Source of the DNA: Squalus acanthias
Taxonomy: Eukaryota
Direction: 5' to 3'
Length of the DNA: 64,000 nt
Assembly (NCBI GenBank): GCA_030390025.1
Contig: CM059432.1
Location: forward strand, 40,798,001 to 40,862,000
Part shown: positions 62,270-64,000 of the stretch, piece by piece
Layout of the letters: every line of letters begins with the position of its first letter
How positions within the stretch are numbered: the first letter of the stretch is position 1
Position numbers and translations under genes: made by a program
Notes under the pieces: generated by a model
What the model saw: only the letters and a program-made list of their open reading frames with translations
Told to the model about the DNA's origin: nothing
The model's database searches: none

Positions 62270-62655
62270 AATAATAACAACAACTTGTATTTATATAGCG
62301 CCTTTAACGTAGTAAAACGTCCCAAGGTGCTGCACAGGGGTATTTTAAGACAACAAATTTGACACCGATCCGCATAAGGATAAATTAGGGCTGGTGACCA
62401 AAGCTTGGTCAAAGAGGTAGGTTTTAAGGGGCGTCTTAAAGGAGGAAAGAGAGGTAGAGAGGTTTAGGGAGGGAATTCCAGAGCTTAGGGCCTAGGCAAC
62501 AGAAGGCACGACCACCAAAGGTTGAGCGATTATAATCAGGGATGCTCAAGAGGGCAGAATTAGAGGAGCGCAGATATCTCGGGGGGGTTGTGGGGCTGAA
62601 GGAGATTACAGAGATAGAAAGGGGCGAGGCCATGGAGGGATTTGAAAACAATACT
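62270..62655 (-). mobile_element. L2 LINE 3' fragment
   Basis: (CAA)n, ATTTATATAGCGCC, reverse of LRSSNS...GGRAFCCLGPKLWNSLP. Confidence 0.88.
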
Positions 62656-64000
62656 TGATGTTGAGACCAGGATTCGAAATGGAAAGTGTTCCATTCAACA
62701 GCACCAGAATTTCTCATCTTCATAACAAAAAACTTCACAAAAAAACCCTCAAAGTTTGTACAATAGCAAAATACTGCGGATGCTGGAAATTCAAAATAAC
62801 AACAGAAAACGCTGGAAAAACTCAGCAGGCCAGGCAGTGTTTTTACAGTATTAAACATATTGTAATAGAGAGCTGAAAGAATCTAAATAATTTCTTGTTG
62901 ATAAACATTTGTAAATAACATTTATTCAGCTTATTCAACATAATCAAAACTTGCAATCAAAGTTTTTTTAAAAACATAGAATTTTGTGCTCATCACGCTG
63001 TGGGACGCAAATACTGGGGAATGGAACATTTCTAATTTATTGCACCCAGCATCAACATCAAGTATCCTCAGATTAGGCATAATATGGGTTGGATCCAGAG
63101 CCACTGCATTTCTACATCAGTAACAAAGCACTGTAATTCAAACCTCAGGATTATGATGAAGCAGGAGTTCTCACTATAGGTTGTTTCCTTCAGTAATGTT
63201 ACCCAATATACAAAAGAAAAAGCACCACCGACTGCACCACTCTGAATTTATCCATTTCTTACATTCAACCATAATAAGCAAGATGGCCAAATTATTTTCT
63301 TATAGGCCCAAACCAAATAGACTGAGACTGTCTAATTATTTAACGTAAACTGCTGCAGCCATGGGCACAGGAGTTTACATTGCATTAGTCTGGATTAGAT
63401 TCAAACCCAGGTGCTTGAGGCAGAAGTGTTGTATTCTAACCTGGTGTCTCCCCGAGACTTTGTGTGACATAAACAATAAGTTATGTCTGGTGTTGTGGTG
63501 GCTTTCCCTCATTGTTCAGAGAGTAACAGCCACGAAAGCCAAAGTCCAGAAACTGGCATATCTCGATACAGTGGTGCAAGGTTTATCGTGGTGTGCTTTG
63601 CAGCCAGCTTACTTAGAATTTACAGCACAGAAACAGGCCATTTGGCCCAACTGGTCTGTGCCGGTATTTATGCTCCACACGAGCCTCCTCCCACCCTACT
63701 TCATCCAACCCCATCTGCATATCCTTCAAAGCACTGTAATTCAAACCTCAAGATCATGATGAAGCAGGAGTTCTCACTATAGCTGCAAGCAGTTGCATGC
63801 TACAGTAATGAGGGAGTCTGACACATGATTTTAAAATATATACAGATTCTGTCAGAAAAAGTAGAGGAAACTTTTAAAGGGAAGTGGATAAATATTTGAA
63901 AAATAAAATAAAAAGGAAAAGGAAATGGGGGAATGGCAGGGGAGTGGGACTAAGGAATTGCTCTTTCAGATAGGCAGTACAAGTGTGATGGGCTGAATAG

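Overview
Repeat-dense vertebrate genomic DNA. The repeat inventory (HER1-like CR1 LINEs, HE1-like V-SINE, Deu-core SINEs, L2, RTE, Penelope-type terminal repeats) points to a cartilaginous fish; this is an inference. The only host gene I can recognise is the 3' end of ESRP1 on the minus strand: a 151-nt coding exon (57317-57467), then TWO different stop-containing exons, and a likely shared 3' UTR exon (about 39790-40586). One (43748-43874, not in the ORF track) encodes the familiar ...PKEWVCI* tail. The other (41628-41818) supplies the missing half of a fourth quasi-RRM. This apparent either/or C-terminal switch is the most interesting signal. The window also holds a very young, intact 4.6-kb Gypsy LTR retrotransposon (2246-6887), at least eight PIF/Harbinger-like non-autonomous elements with 3-bp target duplications, deeply nested insertion clusters, a histone H2B pseudogene fragment, an LF-SINE-like element, several tandem repeats and a few orphan exon-like segments. 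Family names come from recall of consensus motifs, not database searches; boundaries of old repeats are approximate.
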